From positions 95,232,001 through 95,296,000 of the forward strand of contig OX597819.1 in assembly GCA_951406725.2 (NCBI GenBank): a stretch of DNA of 64,000 nt. The letters are read 5' to 3'. The notes under the pieces were generated by a model that saw only the letters and a program-made list of their open reading frames with translations, had not been told where the DNA came from and made no database searches. The position numbers and the translations under genes are program-made. Position 1 is the first letter of the stretch, and the number at the start of each line of letters is the position of its first letter. This document shows, piece after piece, positions 1 to 13,050 of the stretch. The DNA comes from Octopus vulgaris (Eukaryota).

Positions 1-1281
1 TCCTATCGAAGTCAGCTTTACCTTTGTCTCATCCCCCCGCCTATAACAGGATCAATAAAACAAAAATTCCTCAACCCCTCCGAAATCGTGGATTTGTTCG
101 CATGTAAGAAAGTAGTATACTTAACAAGAAAAACAATATTGATATTTTCTTCGGGCAATTTTGATATATTTCGCTTTCTTATCTTACTTCTTTTTCATTC
201 TTTTGTATTATTTGCTTTTCTTTCGTGGTATTCGCTGTTTGCTTCTGCTTCCCCCACCCCCGCTAATTGTAATCTGTTAGAAATCAGTTACCTTCTAACT
301 GGGCGCCACTAGCCAGGAATCAAGAACCAAGGTGTATATTGTTCTTTGAGTAAAGTTGTCCTTGCCTTATCTTCTTTATATAACCTGCTGAAACTACACC
401 AGATGTTGGCCGTAAACACACTGGAATTTGTTTAACTTTGCAACAAACATACAAAGTTGCAGTCTGTTTTTCATCTATCTCGTTATTAAAGCAGTGGTAG
501 TGATCTGTTGTATAGCTTTTGTGATCATAAAGTATTTATAGTTGCTCTACCGGCAGTTTAGATTTAATGCGAATTGGAACGAAAAATGCAAAGTTTGTAA
601 ATAATGATTGCTCTCTTCAGACATAAAGTCATGAATGGCCGACTGGGTGGAGTTTCTGCTATTTTAATTGTTTAGTCCATGACTCTTTATTGAGACTTGT
701 GGGAGGAAGAATATAAACTAGCTTCGAACCTGAGACGTGGCTCGAATACTTGCAATAGAGTGAATTATACTAAAGGCACCGAAGGATCAAGTAGTGCTTC
801 TAAACCAAACGACTTAGTTTACCGTACAAGAACTCAGACTACAAACAACAAGAACAAATACCGCAGGGTATCTCGTCCGACGTTCTAAAAATACCATCAA
901 CCCATCGCCCTAACCTGGCACTTAATTTCATTGACTCTTAAAAGAATGAATGACAAAGACCTCGACGGAACTTGCACAATGAGCCGTGAGAGCCAGAACA
1001 AGTACTGCAATATATTTTAGCATATGCTTTAACGAGTCTTTTTCCTATATGCGGGGAACCAAAGAGCACGTTAGCTAGTATGACTTCTTTTAAGACGTTC
1101 GGTATGATCTGAAGAACATTTGGTTGCTATTTCTAGCAGATCGAGCGACCACATAGAGGGACAAATGATTTGTTAACTTACAGTGCTGAACTCAAACCTT
1201 TCCCACTCACTACACGTGTCTCTTGTTGAGAATTGGGCTGATTTATCCAAGTACAATTTGAAGAGAGTGTGTATATAAGAC

Positions 1282-1397
<116 letters not shown>

Positions 1398-1831
1398 CAT
1401 TAGTTGTGTGCCTCTGCGACCCAAAAGAGCAAAGATATTCTCCAGTCAGGTAGAAAACCAATATTTATTGAAGAAGTATATAATCAATAAAGGATGAAAA
1501 GCGATTTCGACCTCGATGGTTTTTAAAGTCAAAACGTAAAGAGATGCAATTAAATGCTGCATGACAATTAGTTTAGAAGAAGGGGTTGGGATGACTTAGT
1601 TACCAATATTTGATTGATCCATTTCTGGAAAGATCAACGGCAAGGTCGGTCGAAGCAGAATTTGAACTCACAGCGTAATGTGATGTAACGAGATAAAATA
1701 TATTAGCAATAGAATATAGATTATTATCCCAAATAAGAACCCATATGACAAGGCGAACTCAGATACTTACTATTTTCAACATCTTTGAAACTCAATCATC
1801 TAAAAAGTTATTAATGTATCTTTATTTATTA

Positions 1832-2210
1832 AGGCGGCAAGCTGGCAGAGTCGTTAACACGCCGGGTGAAATGCGTAGCCGTATTTCGTCTGCCGCTACG
1901 TTCTCAGTTCAAATTCCGCCGAGGTCGACTTTGCCTTTCATCCTTTCGGGGTCGATTAAATAAGTACCAGTTACGCACTGGGGTCGATATAATCGACTTG
2001 TCCTCTCTGTGTTTAGCCCATTGTGGGTAGTAAAGAAATAGGTATTTTGTCCGTCTTTAGCTTCTGAGTTAAAATTCCGCCGATGTTGACTTTGCCTTTC
2101 ATCCTCTCGAAGTCGATAAAGTAAGTACCTGTTAAACACTGGGGTTGATGTAATGGACTTACCCCTTCCTTCGAAACTGCTGCTCTTGTGCCAAAATTCA
2201 AAACCAATAC
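1832..2210 (+). mobile_element. tRNA-derived SINE family A (octopus OK/OR-like), head-to-tail dimer
   Basis: Head GGCGGCAAGCTGGCAGAGTCGTT (A-box-like) and GTTCAAATTCC (B-box-like), then a body ending GGGTAGTAAAGAAATA. A second, more diverged and headless unit starts at about 2041 (GGTATTTTGTCC). The same sequence recurs at 27511 and 30502-31100. Confidence 0.85.
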
Positions 2211-3348
2211 CTTTTTATTTATTGGCAGAATCAACAAGGCATCGGATAAATTCCTCGCGAATATTGTTTCGTCTCCTTGTGTTTTGAGTTCAAATGTCAC
2301 TGAGGTCATGTTTTCATAGTAACCTTTTAGGCTTATAAATTAAGTACCAGTTAAATACTAGAGTTGAATCTTTTCTCTCATAATCAGCTACACTATATTG
2401 TGAAAGGGTCGTGATAGCTTATACGCAGTGACCTTTTACACCAAGAATTGTAGGAGGTTTAAGCAAGGGGCTAGTGGTCTCTTCTTATCTATTCTGCCAC
2501 AAAAACAGTGAAAATAAAGCAGAGATGACAAAGTGATGAGTTGTATAGCACGGAATGTTTTTAAAATGTTATTAACATTGCCTGAAGTTAATAATACCAA
2601 TCTCTAGTTAATATTCATACAAAGTTAAATTTGTTTTTGTGTCAGCATAAATTTTATAAATAATAGAAGAAAAGACAAAAACAAGCTTCTTTCAAAATCG
2701 AAAATAATATAAGTTTATTAACATGTCTGTTAGGGCATGTTAGTAAATATACGAGAGAAAGCAGTACTCTGCATAAATTGATTTTTCTATATTTATCGCA
2801 GTATTTATCGTGGGAAATATTTATAGAACTATATATAAAAAAGCGTATGCCGAGGCTGTTCCACCTCTATATAAAACGTTGTTATTTAGCTTCAATACAA
2901 AAGGCCTATGATCAAAGGTGTTCTACAGTGTTATCATTTCAACAGGAAATCGTTATAAAGATGTAGCAATAAATGCTGAGATTTCCATGATTTCTATGAC
3001 AAAATCCAATGTTAGACTTCCTCTCTGATTGCTCGCCTAAAATGTAAAGAATCCAAAGACAGGCCAACAGACAAGATGGAGATTTGGTTCTAAACAAAAA
3101 ACCATTTTGAGTAGAATTCTTTAAAATCTACAGTCTAGAAGAAGCTTCTGGATAAAAAAAAAGATCTAACACGTAGGATCCAGGATAATAATTGAATCTT
3201 TGCCTTGACATAACTAGAAGGCTCATGGATCGAACTAATTATATATCCGATCTAAAGAAATCGATATTGCTTTTGATTCGGAAGAAATCGATATTATGAG
3301 CGCTAAAGTCACACTAAAACAGCTACGAAACACCAATTTTACCAGTGA

Positions 3349-3350
<2 letters not shown>

Positions 3351-3422
<72 letters not shown>
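3351..3422. repeat. (TA)n microsatellite
   Basis: Pure dinucleotide tract; one of many similar tracts in the window. Confidence 0.97.
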
Positions 3423-3424
<2 letters not shown>

Positions 3425-3851
3425 TCCCAAGCAAAAAAAAACAAAACACTATATATAACCGACCAGTGCATTCTTTAGAGAAATATGATTAAAAACAAAC
3501 AGTTTAGGAAAAAAATGACTTTTTATTATGTGTGAGTTTATAACGAGATATAATACAGAAGAAGAGTTATTTCAAAGCCAAACAGCAATACTCGTCACAA
3601 AGTTATTGAAGATCTTATTAAACTAAACATCTTTGATGTTGTACAACACACAAAAAATGCATTTTAGAATTGGCATCGTCATGTGTTATGTAGTTAAAAA
3701 GTTAGCTTCAAAAACATGTAGTTCCTGGTTCGATCTCACTACGTAGCAACGTGGACAAGCATATTCTGCCATTACTTCAAGTTAGCTTATACCTTATGAA
3801 TGGAATCTGTAGGTACAAACTGTACGGAGCAGAAACCCGTTGTGTGTGTGC

Positions 3852-3892
<41 letters not shown>

Positions 3893-4264
3893 AGAGAGAG
3901 AGAGAGAGATTTGAAATTGTGCCAAGAGGCACGATGGGTAATTTGAGCACGGCAATCAGTTCCACTCTACATAGAAAATCGTTGTACTCTTGCCATTGTA
4001 GACACAGTGAACCAGTGTCTAACCAGTGGGAAACCGTAACCATTGCAAGCATATATTCCAAGCGGCTGTTCACCCTGGGCTTCGTCGCCATTTGTTGATC
4101 AGAGTTTCAGGTGAGTGTTATAGCATCATTCCAAAAATCTGAGCCGTTGTGTGCATGCCAACGTTGATGTCCCAGATCAATTTTTGATCGAAGAGACCCA
4201 TTATCATATATATTTCAGTTGTGACCAGCCCATCCTTTTAAAGGTACTCTCTCTCTCTCTCTCT

Positions 4265-4300
<36 letters not shown>

Positions 4301-4576
4301 TTAGGTAAGAATTTTAAGTTTTTGGCTGTTTCCTTAGCAGGTCGAGAATCCACTCAGAAGTTTCCTCAATGATAACTGTTAATTTCTTTTTTTCTTTCTT
4401 TCTTTTTCTATCTATTCATTTATATATATATATATTTATTTATTTATTTTGACTCAGAAATATTTTATGATTACCTACAATAAAGAAACTGTTAGATTAA
4501 TAAGTTAGGGGAAGTTAACGAATAAATTAGAAAGCATACAAGAGAGAAATAAGATCAGACCTATAAACACACAAAC

Positions 4577-4614
<38 letters not shown>

Positions 4615-4929
4615 ACACAAAGCTTCTTATGTATACATACACATATACGCACATAAACACGCACACGAACACACATTCGGTGTGATAAAAGTTGAACGAA
4701 TGCAAGTGAACGAGTGAAAAAATAATTGATAAGAAGAAAGAAAGAAAAGTAGAGAGAGAACGAACTTCTATTTTAGAAGATGATGCAATGTCTGATAAAG
4801 ATATATAGCCCTAAACAGTTTAATAACGTTTCCGAGACCGAAACAAATCACAGGCGAAAATAAAGACCCCAAACGGAAAAATATTCTCCCCACAAGAAGT
4901 AAGCACCGCAATTCGACTACAAACATCAA

Positions 4930-5300
4930 ATAAACAGTCTATTGAGCAACACTGCTGTCTGCAGTAATGATGGTTTCTGATGCAGCTTCTCTCGAATCAA
5001 GTGAATCCCGCCTCTAATGCCTGCCAAGCCCACGACAGTAGTCTCAACAAATCCTCAGTACCGTGGGGCCACCTGCGGGTCCCTTTTTCTGAGGTACAGT
5101 AGTAGTCCAGAATTTCAAATCATGAGAGCTTGAAGACCACATCATGTTGAGGGTGACATGATCACACGGTTCGCCCTAGTCTTATCATCACGTGAGATTT
5201 GTACTAAATGTCTTCATGCACCACACGTCTGATAGAAGACGACTCCAACATCTTGAGCTACTTGGCGATGGCCATCGTTGGCTTACAGGATTTGCTTACG
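4930..5300 (-). pseudogene. Highly decayed Tc1/mariner-superfamily transposase remnant
   Basis: Minus-strand reading gives AIAK*LKMLESSSIRRVVHEDI*YKSHVM (HTH end), a WSSSSHDL..DYY segment resembling WPPNSPDLNPLDY, and a C-terminal ETIITADSSVAQ* segment. Confidence 0.5.
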
Positions 5301-6128
5301 ATATTCTAAACCTGCTGTACGAATTCGATTATGTAGATATGGTCTGATCGCTGAAAACGTTTCTTTTTCTAGCTCACGGATGAAATGCTTCCCACTAGAG
5401 GCCTCGGTCTCTTTATCAGACCCCGAACATGAAGGACCTAGCCGTGTTTCCTTTGTAAGATTGTATTCGGTCAAGTTAATGCTATCAATACTTCTGATGG
5501 AAAAATTACAAATTTTAAATATGGTGCATACCGCGAAATATAATTCATTTTCTATTTTACAAACTTCTTAATTTATGCTCACAAAAACCCGGCGCACCCA
5601 ATACATAAAAGTAAACGGTAAGATAAGAGTAATATGGTAAAATAGAGTCAGCAGCTAATTACAGCTTTAAGGGTGAGTGAGGTGGAAAGAGAGAAAGATG
5701 AAATATGATTATCATAAAAGATACCCGAACGATATGTAAAATGGGCAAGCCGAATGGTAGGGAAACTTGAAAGAAAAATGTAATAAATCATTAATTAAGA
5801 AAGTAGTTTCATTAAATATTTGATCAATCAACCACTCATAATAATAGTAAAGCTGGTTAAAAAAAATAGCTGTAGCGAAGAAAACAGCAAAATATAACGT
5901 CAGCAATAGTAATACAAATAAAAATGCTGATCGAGATAGTAATAATAAAGTTTTCTAACATAAGTACAAAAGCAAGGAGATATCTGGTGTGGGGGAAAAG
6001 CAATCAATTAAATCAATCGTTGCTCCTGAAGTATAATACTTATTGTTTCTAGCATACACACAAAGCCTGAAATTTGGGGGTTGAGAATTAGTCGATATCA
6101 TCGACTCCAGTGTTTATTTGGTATATTA

Positions 6129-7363
6129 CGAGGGACGTTCAATAAGTAATGCCCCTGACCCACTTGCAGTTGTTTGATCTAGCTGATTTTTTGCATGTGC
6201 AATTATTTATATCTCTATAGATTAAGTGGCAAATTACAGCTCTGAACTAATTGTGGTTTCTGATTTACAGGTGTTTGAACTGAGTCAAGTGTGAAATGGA
6301 GCCTGTTGAGTGTCGAGCAGTGATCTGATTTTTGTATTTGAAAGGACGCACACCACGGAAGACTTTTGATGAAATGAAAGTAACTTATGGTGATGATGCC
6401 CCATCATATGACCTTGTAAAATGCTGGCATTGGGAATTCAAACATGGTCAGACCTCTGTGGAAACAGCTCCCAGATCTGGTCGCCCCCATTCTGCCATTG
6501 ATGAGGCATCAGTCCGTCAAGTTGAGGCTGCCATTTTGGAAGATCGACGCATAACTATTTGCCAAATTGCCCATGAGGTCAAGATTAGTACCGGGTCTGT
6601 GGAAACTATCCTTCATGACCATTTGCATATGCAAAAGGTGTCTGCCAGATGGATTTCCAGGTTGCTCACACCTTTTCAGAAGCAAGAACGCGTCGAGTGC
6701 TCATGGATGAATTTGGAGATGTGCCAAGAAGATGAGTCAAAATTTTTCAAAAGACTGATTACACAGGATGAAACCTGGGTCCATCACCATGATCCAGAGA
6801 CCAAAGTCCAGTCAATGCAGTGGAAGCACCGTGACTCACCTCCTCCAAAGAAGGCAAGGGTGCAGCCCTCCGCTGGCAAGGTCATGCTTACAGTCTTCTG
6901 GGACCAGGACGGAGTAGTGATGACAGATTTCCTGGCAAAGGGTACCACAATTACAGGAGCCTATTATGCTTCACTTTTGAGGAAATTAAGAGAAGCTATC
7001 AAAATCAAGAGGCTGAGCAAAATCAGCAAAGGCATCCTCCTCCTGCAGGACAACGCTCCGGTCCACAACTCGCATGTCGCCAGATCAGAAGCACAGGCGT
7101 GCGGCTATGAACTCCTCCCCCATCCCTCTACTTTCCTGACCTTGCACCCTCTAATTTTCACCTCTTCCCAGCCATGAAGTTGTTTTTGAAAGGAAAGCGT
7201 TTGCAAGGAGATATCTGGTGTGGGGGAAAAGCAATCAATTAAATCAATCGTTGCTCCTGAAGTATAATACTTATTGTTTCTAGCATACGAAAAAGACTAA
7301 TAACTGTGCCAAGTGTCGTTGCTCTACTGTTATGGGAAGTGGGTCAGGGGCATTACTTATTGA
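6129..7363 (+). mobile_element. Mariner DNA transposon, near full length
   Basis: Left TIR TA|CGAGGGACGTTCAATAAGTAATGCCCCTGACCCACTT. Right TIR AAGTGGGTCAGGGGCATTACTTATTGA at 7337-7363 lacks its outer ~10 nt. The element sits inside a decayed antisense SINE A. Confidence 0.93.
6296..7202 (+). pseudogene. Mariner transposase pseudogene (D,D34D spacing)
   Basis: ATG at 6296 with a premature TGA at 6326-6328. The ORF 6332-7177 has HTH motifs, WISRLL (WVPREL-like), TQDETW and LQDNAPVH. There is a frameshift in HPPYSPDLAP near 7125, the third catalytic codon reads AAT (Asn), and the C-terminus is replaced by flanking DNA. Confidence 0.92.
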
Positions 7364-7918
7364 TATATTATCTTCTCGACGAATAAAACGTAAAATTCAC
7401 CTCGGCGGGATTTGAACTCACAACCCAAGGAAGGGAAGCCCCGCTAATGAATGGAATCCCAGAACAACCATGGATGGAGCCTCGTTGCAAACAATAGGAG
7501 GAGCCGTTTAAATTACGAAAAATCTCCTTGATGGGAGGACACTTGTCACAAATGGACAGGAGGGGAATGTAGAGGTGACACAAGAATGGCCCTCTCAGAC
7601 AGAAGTGACTTGAGATACACCACCAAGCTGGAGTGGGTTGCTGCGAAGACTCCTGAAAATTACTCAGCTACAACGAGAGACAAAGGAGAATAAAATGCAG
7701 ATGGCGCTGAACCAGCAAACGACTCGAACAAAACTGCAGCCTACAAATTTCTGTTCTTGTGTCTGAAGTTGTTGGGAGAGGCAGGTAAAGAGGTGGGATG
7801 TGGCATGAGAAATAGTGGTTCACCGTGGGTAGTGAATTGCACTGATACAGCAGAACTGTGACAAGCTTTTGGCTCAGTGCAAGGATGGGAGTTATTGCTG
7901 CAATTCCAGATGCACTTG

Positions 7919-7993
<75 letters not shown>

Positions 7994-8292
7994 TCGCAGG
8001 GGGACCATCTAGAAACCCGGGTCTGTGAGTATCACGTGAGGCTAGAGATGGGAGCGACGACCTTACTTGCGAATACTATACGGGCACAAACTGTGTGTCG
8101 ATAACCAGCTGGAAAAGATGTTTTCCTGGGTCTATAACAGCAGTAACATCGTCCTTTATAGGACTGTCACGTTCTGTTGGATATAAACATTATTATTTCA
8201 TGCAGTTACTGTATATCTCTCAGAGATTTAAAACATTGTTTCTCTCTCTCCCTCCCTCTCTCTCTCCCCCTCTCTCCCTCTCCCTCTCTCTC

Positions 8293-8338
<46 letters not shown>

Positions 8339-8339
<1 letters not shown>

Positions 8340-9088
8340 TAGAAGTATAGCCCGGCTTTGCTCGGGATTAAGTTAGGATTATTAAGCTAATCAAGCTCTT
8401 TATTTCAAACCAAACTAAGTAACATCGACGTCAAATTTGAACGAAATCCATTGAAATTGGTAAACTTTTGGCTGAAAATGAGTTGTTGACAATTTGATTG
8501 GGAGATCCCATAAGGAATCGGTTTATCGATTTTTTCCACTCATCGATTTTTTTTTTTTTCGTTTTTGGAGAACTTAAAGCATTCAAAGATCCCACGAGTC
8601 CTAAGTAATGCTGGCATCAAGTTTGAACAAAATACATCAAAATTGGTAAAAGTTATGGTTGAGAATGGGGTGTAGCCAATTTTAGTGGGAAGTCCTATAA
8701 GGAATCGGTTTGTCGATTTTTTTTTTATCCTGATTAAATAGAAAACCCCATAAGGAATCAGTTTATTGATTTTCCACTCCAAATAGGACTTAACCGAACA
8801 TTGCTGATTCAAAAACAGCAATATTTATACTTTAAAGTTGGTTTTCATACCCAACCTAGTTCTGCCGAATCAGTGTCGCGACGGGAGCGCATGAGTTGGG
8901 AGTTTGATCGGCAGGGGTGATCAGGTTGCATATGCCAACCCTTTTGAAAACACCACCCCCATCATGTAGCCCCACTTTGCCCATGGGTTGGGAGCCCTTC
9001 CAGCAAAAAAAAGTAGAACGCCCAAAAGGGCCCCCGATTCTCTGTGTGAGAAGCGGTTATGTTCAGATCACAACTAAGTATATATATA
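8339..9088 (-). mobile_element. Non-autonomous Helitron-like element
   Basis: The minus strand ends with hairpin CCCGAGCAAAGCCGGG, a short spacer, then CTAG|T. Internal subrepeat CCATAAGGAATCGGTTT occurs three times (near 8507, 8695, 8747). The 5' boundary is approximate. Confidence 0.6.
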
Positions 9089-9179
9089 TGGGCAACACAC
9101 ACACACAAACATATACGTACATACACCTATTTTCGAAACATTGTTTACAAAATAATAGATTATCGTTACCTGTCACAGT

Positions 9180-9370
9180 GGTTTTGTGACATGGACCAGA
9201 ACAGGCTTTGCCCACAAGCAGTCGAGCAAATTGAGTCCTCAACTTGTTTCATTTGCCAAAATGTTTGCAAGGAACCAGCGGGCTTCAAGAGACACATGTG
9301 TATCCATAGAACATGGTTACCGCTTTATTTTACTTAGCCTTCATTTGTCGTTCACAACGAGAGAATTCAT
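9180..9370 (+). mobile_element. RTE-type LINE 3' end fragment
   Basis: Encodes C2H2-like CFICQNVCKEPAGFKRHMCIH, followed by a short UTR and a (TG)n tail. Confidence 0.45.
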
Positions 9371-9715
9371 CGTGTGTGTGTGTGTGTGTGTGTGTAGATG
9401 TAGCGAAACGCTTCCTAGATTATTAGCCAGGATTCGAAACACTAGTCAGGATTTTTCTATGAGTCCCATTCTGTTGTTCTCGGCATTTGCATTTAGGAAT
9501 TTAATGAGTCAACTGTCACACATAAATAAGTTCTATTCTTTAACTATTTGCGGTTACCAAAAGTTCATACCAGATAACAGACGAAAAATCTTCTGTTTAG
9601 CTTGGCCTAATTTAGTTGGGAAAAAATATATAAATACGCAGTCCAAACTCAATTCTACCTCTTTCATTTGGCTCCTCGCTGGAAGAGCATATCTGTCTTT
9701 TCCTCCTTTCACTTA

Positions 9716-10230
9716 TGCGGGATTATAGAGGGAAAGAATCCCGCCCGTCCCCAACCCCCATTTTCTCCCAAATTCATTTTTTTTTTGCCAAAAATCCCCG
9801 TTTTCGGATACGGAGGTTCCAGAAAATTGCCAAACTCGGCATTGTGAAATTTCCCTCCCTTTCCTCCCAACTTCTTCAATTTTGACCTTTTTTCCCAACA
9901 CTAACCCTGAAACCCTAACCTTAACCCTAACCCTAAAACCCTAACCGTAAGTACAGAAATGTTTTGAAATTTCTGTCCGAATCATGATGTCGTATTTTTC
10001 CGCATATTTAAAAACGAAAAATTCTTTAAAAAAATTTTTACAAAGATTTTTGAAAATGAAGGAAATGGGGGCGCGGGGGGGGGGTGTAATTTAGAGATGT
10101 CGGTTTTTGCCAATTTTTTTTTTTGCAGATTCGTATTCCCCGTAGCCGAAAGGGGGTGTTTGTGTCGAAAAAATTTTTTTTTTAACTGTGGTTTTTTGTG
10201 GGGAACGGGCAGAAGTCTTGCGTTATACAA
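9716..10230. mobile_element. Putative MITE with imperfect TIRs and an internal (CCCTAA)-like tract
   Basis: Left AAGAATCCCGCCCGTCCCCA matches the reverse complement of right TGGGGAACGGGCAGAAGTCTT imperfectly. Telomere-like hexamers lie at 9901-9947. Confidence 0.45.
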
Positions 10231-10331
10231 CTTTTACCCTCTCTACTTGTCAACACAACAATTGTTAGACACACAAACACGCATACATAGATACATACAT
10301 ACATACATACATACATACACACACATATGCT

Positions 10332-10362
<31 letters not shown>

Positions 10363-10869
10363 TACATGCACACGTTGCTTACGATTCTGTTTAGAGCTGT
10401 ATGAGTAGATCCTTTAATGTTGTTTGTGATACGAATCGCCAACAATGGAAGAAATAAAGAAAGAGAGACAGAGAGAGGGGGAGAGAAAGAGAGAGAAAGG
10501 ATGAGAGAGGGAGAGGGAGTGTGTGTGGGGGGGGGTCTGCTAGTGTTGTCTTAAATACCTTTTATGCCTATGAAACAGTTGATGGTGTGGAAACCAACAA
10601 TTTCATCCAGTATTCTATAATGATAACAATAGAATCATAACATTACACATCACAATAGAAAAATATCATTACTTACTTAACATACCACCGAGCAAGCCCT
10701 CACAACGCATTAAACACTTTAAACATTGATTAACAGCGACAATATACTTGCTTTCTTCTTCTTGGGAACTGGCCCGTTCATTGGATAAAAATCACCATCT
10801 TCATCTCAACAAAACCGAAACTGACAACAATGACAAACAACACCATATCAGTAGCAACACTACTTTATT

Positions 10870-11090
10870 CTAGTGGCATTCTGTTGGTTACGATGATGAG
10901 GATCCTAGCTGATCCGATCAACGGAACAGCCAGCTTGTGAAGTTAACGTGCAAGCAGTTGAGCAGCCCACAGACACGCATACCCTTAACGTAGTTTTCAA
11001 GGAGATTCAGCGTGACACAGAATGTGACAAGGCTGACCCTTCGAAATACAGGTATTACTCATTTTCGCCAACTGAATGGACTGAAGCAAC
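10870..11090 (-). mobile_element. SINE family C, 3' part
   Basis: Shares the ACTCATTTT.GCCA.CTGA.TGGACTG.AGCAA segment with the copy at 59755-59930. Confidence 0.6.
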
Positions 11091-11353
11091 AGTCCGCCAC
11101 TACTAGTATCACTATAACTACAAGCACCACGACCATCACGACAGCTATTATCACAGTCGCGGCTACCATCACCACTCTCATCACAACTGAGACTATAGGT
11201 TCTACCAATCATCACCACTACTATCATTAAGGATACCACAACTACCGTCGGTACCATAATTACTACTGCCAATACTACAACTACTATGGCCACAACTGCT
11301 TCCGCTGTCATTACCATCACTACTGACACTGCAGCACATAGCAGTTAGATGTT

Positions 11354-11417
<64 letters not shown>

Positions 11418-11447
11418 CGTGTGTGTGTGTGTGTGTGTATGTATGTT

Positions 11448-11661
11448 TGTGTGTCTGTGTTTGTCACCCCAACATCGCTTGACAACCGATGCTAGTGTGT
11501 TTATGTCCCCGTAACTTAGCGGTTCGGCAAAAGAGACCGATAGAATAAGTACTAGGCTTACAAAGAATAAGTGCTGGGGTCGATTTGCTCGACTGAAGGC
11601 GGTGCTCCAGCATGGCCGCAATCAAATGACTGAAACAAGTTAGAGTAAAAGAGTAAAAGAG
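11448..11661 (+). mobile_element. CORE-type SINE family B, 3' half
   Basis: Near-identical to 27950-28157; ends TGACTGAAACAAGT..AAAAGAG repeats. Preceded by (TG)n, with no 5' half. Confidence 0.85.
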
Positions 11662-11703
11662 TATACTCCTATGATGTAGGAAATCATTATTTTAATTATA
11701 ATG

Positions 11704-12100
11704 AAGGCGACGAGCTGGCAGAGTCGTTGCACGCCGGACAAAAAGCTTAGTGGAATTTCTTCTGACTCTTTACGTTTTGAATTCAAATACCACTGAAATC
11801 AAGTTTGCCCTTCATTCTTTCAGTGTCACGTACTATGGTCGATGTAATCGACTTATCCCTACCCTCAAAATTGCTGGCCTTGTGTCATAATTAGAAAGAA
11901 TTATTTTAACAATGAGAGTGTAGGAGGTGGTGAATTAGCAGAACCGGTTGAGCGGTATTTAGTTACGTTCTAAATTTGAATTTTGCCAGAATCGATTTTG
12001 ACTTCCATCCTGTTAACGTCGATAAAGACAAGTACTGAAGTCAATAAAATGACTGTCTCTTCTCCCGAAATGTGTAGCTTTGTGCCTCTGTTAGGAATCT
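11704..12100 (+). mobile_element. Two diverged SINE family A copies
   Basis: GGCGACGAGCTGGCAGAGTCGTT...TTCAAATACC, followed by a second decayed copy from about 11925. Confidence 0.65.
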
Positions 12101-12106
12101 TTACAT

Positions 12107-12180
<74 letters not shown>

Positions 12181-12617
12181 TCGCAGGTAGACACTTGATG
12201 CTGTATACGGCCATTAGTCTCAGTTTCACAGACATGAGAATAATTGTACAAGTGTCTGCTCGACGGGGTGTCCACAATAAATGAAGTCTTAGCTGTGTTC
12301 AGCTTAAAAGTCGGTCGTTATTAATCGTTGCAGAAGAAAAATTGTTGTGTCAAGACCAAGTCCTATTTGTCCACATCACTTACGGCTATATTGTAGAAGC
12401 TATCTACGACTGAAGTAATAGATTACACAGAGCAGAAAACGCAACATGTCCAAGCTATCACACACAACTCCATTTGATTTATCTCTGCATGTCGGTGTGT
12501 GTAATATATTCGTCATATAGACAAAGACAGTGTAACTGAGCGATATAAATGCAGTATCACAGAACCCAGCAAATTATGTAGGTGACGAGCAAATGAAATT
12601 TCCAGTTACTAATAAAA

Positions 12618-12627
12618 GTGTGTGTGT

Positions 12628-12686
<59 letters not shown>

Positions 12687-12782
12687 GTGTGTGTGTGTGT
12701 GTGTGTGTGTGTGTCTGTGTGTTGTGTGTGTGTATGTCTGTGTGTTGTGTGTGTGTCTGTGTGTGTCTGTGTGTGTGTGTGT
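12618..12782. repeat. Long imperfect (TG)n microsatellite
   Basis: Visible dinucleotide array. Confidence 0.95.
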
Positions 12783-12859
12783 TTGATATTCGTGAAATAC
12801 AAATATAGGGCTTTCGAGAAAATCGCGTAGAAGTGCTGAATCACTTATGTTGCTGTTTA

Positions 12860-13050
12860 ACCATAGGCAGAACTCGATCGAGTAGAGACCTGTGATCTAA
12901 AGCATTCCACTCATGATCAACCTGTCATTTTAGGAGTATACAATACTACTGTATCTAATATGCTGCACTTATATAAGTAGAATGTAATTTGAAAGAAATC
13001 TGGCAGCTATATTTTGCAGGTCGAGTTATTATGCACAAGCTCTCTCATTT
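12860..13050 (+). repeat. Interspersed repeat family D (unclassified)
   Basis: Motifs GACCT.TGATC.AAAG..TTC and GCT(G/A)CTATTT(C/T)(T)AGCAG.TCGAG recur at about 1090-1160, 2900-2970, 13910-14070 (reverse) and 60885-61080. Confidence 0.55.

Noticed and set aside
1832-1925. tRNA gene
   Set aside because: A/B-box-like head only; it continues into a SINE body and recurs many times.
4001-4110. Coding exon with strong donor CAG|GTGAGT
   Set aside because: All three frames contain stops. A non-coding exon cannot be excluded, but nothing else supports it.
6332-7177. Active transposase or domesticated SETMAR-like gene (third catalytic residue Asn)
   Set aside because: It has an early stop, a frameshift, a replaced C-terminus and retained TIRs, and no SET domain. 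GAT-to-AAT is most simply decay.
9901-9947. True telomere or chromosome fusion site
   Set aside because: The tract is short, degenerate, in a single orientation and embedded in a putative mobile element.
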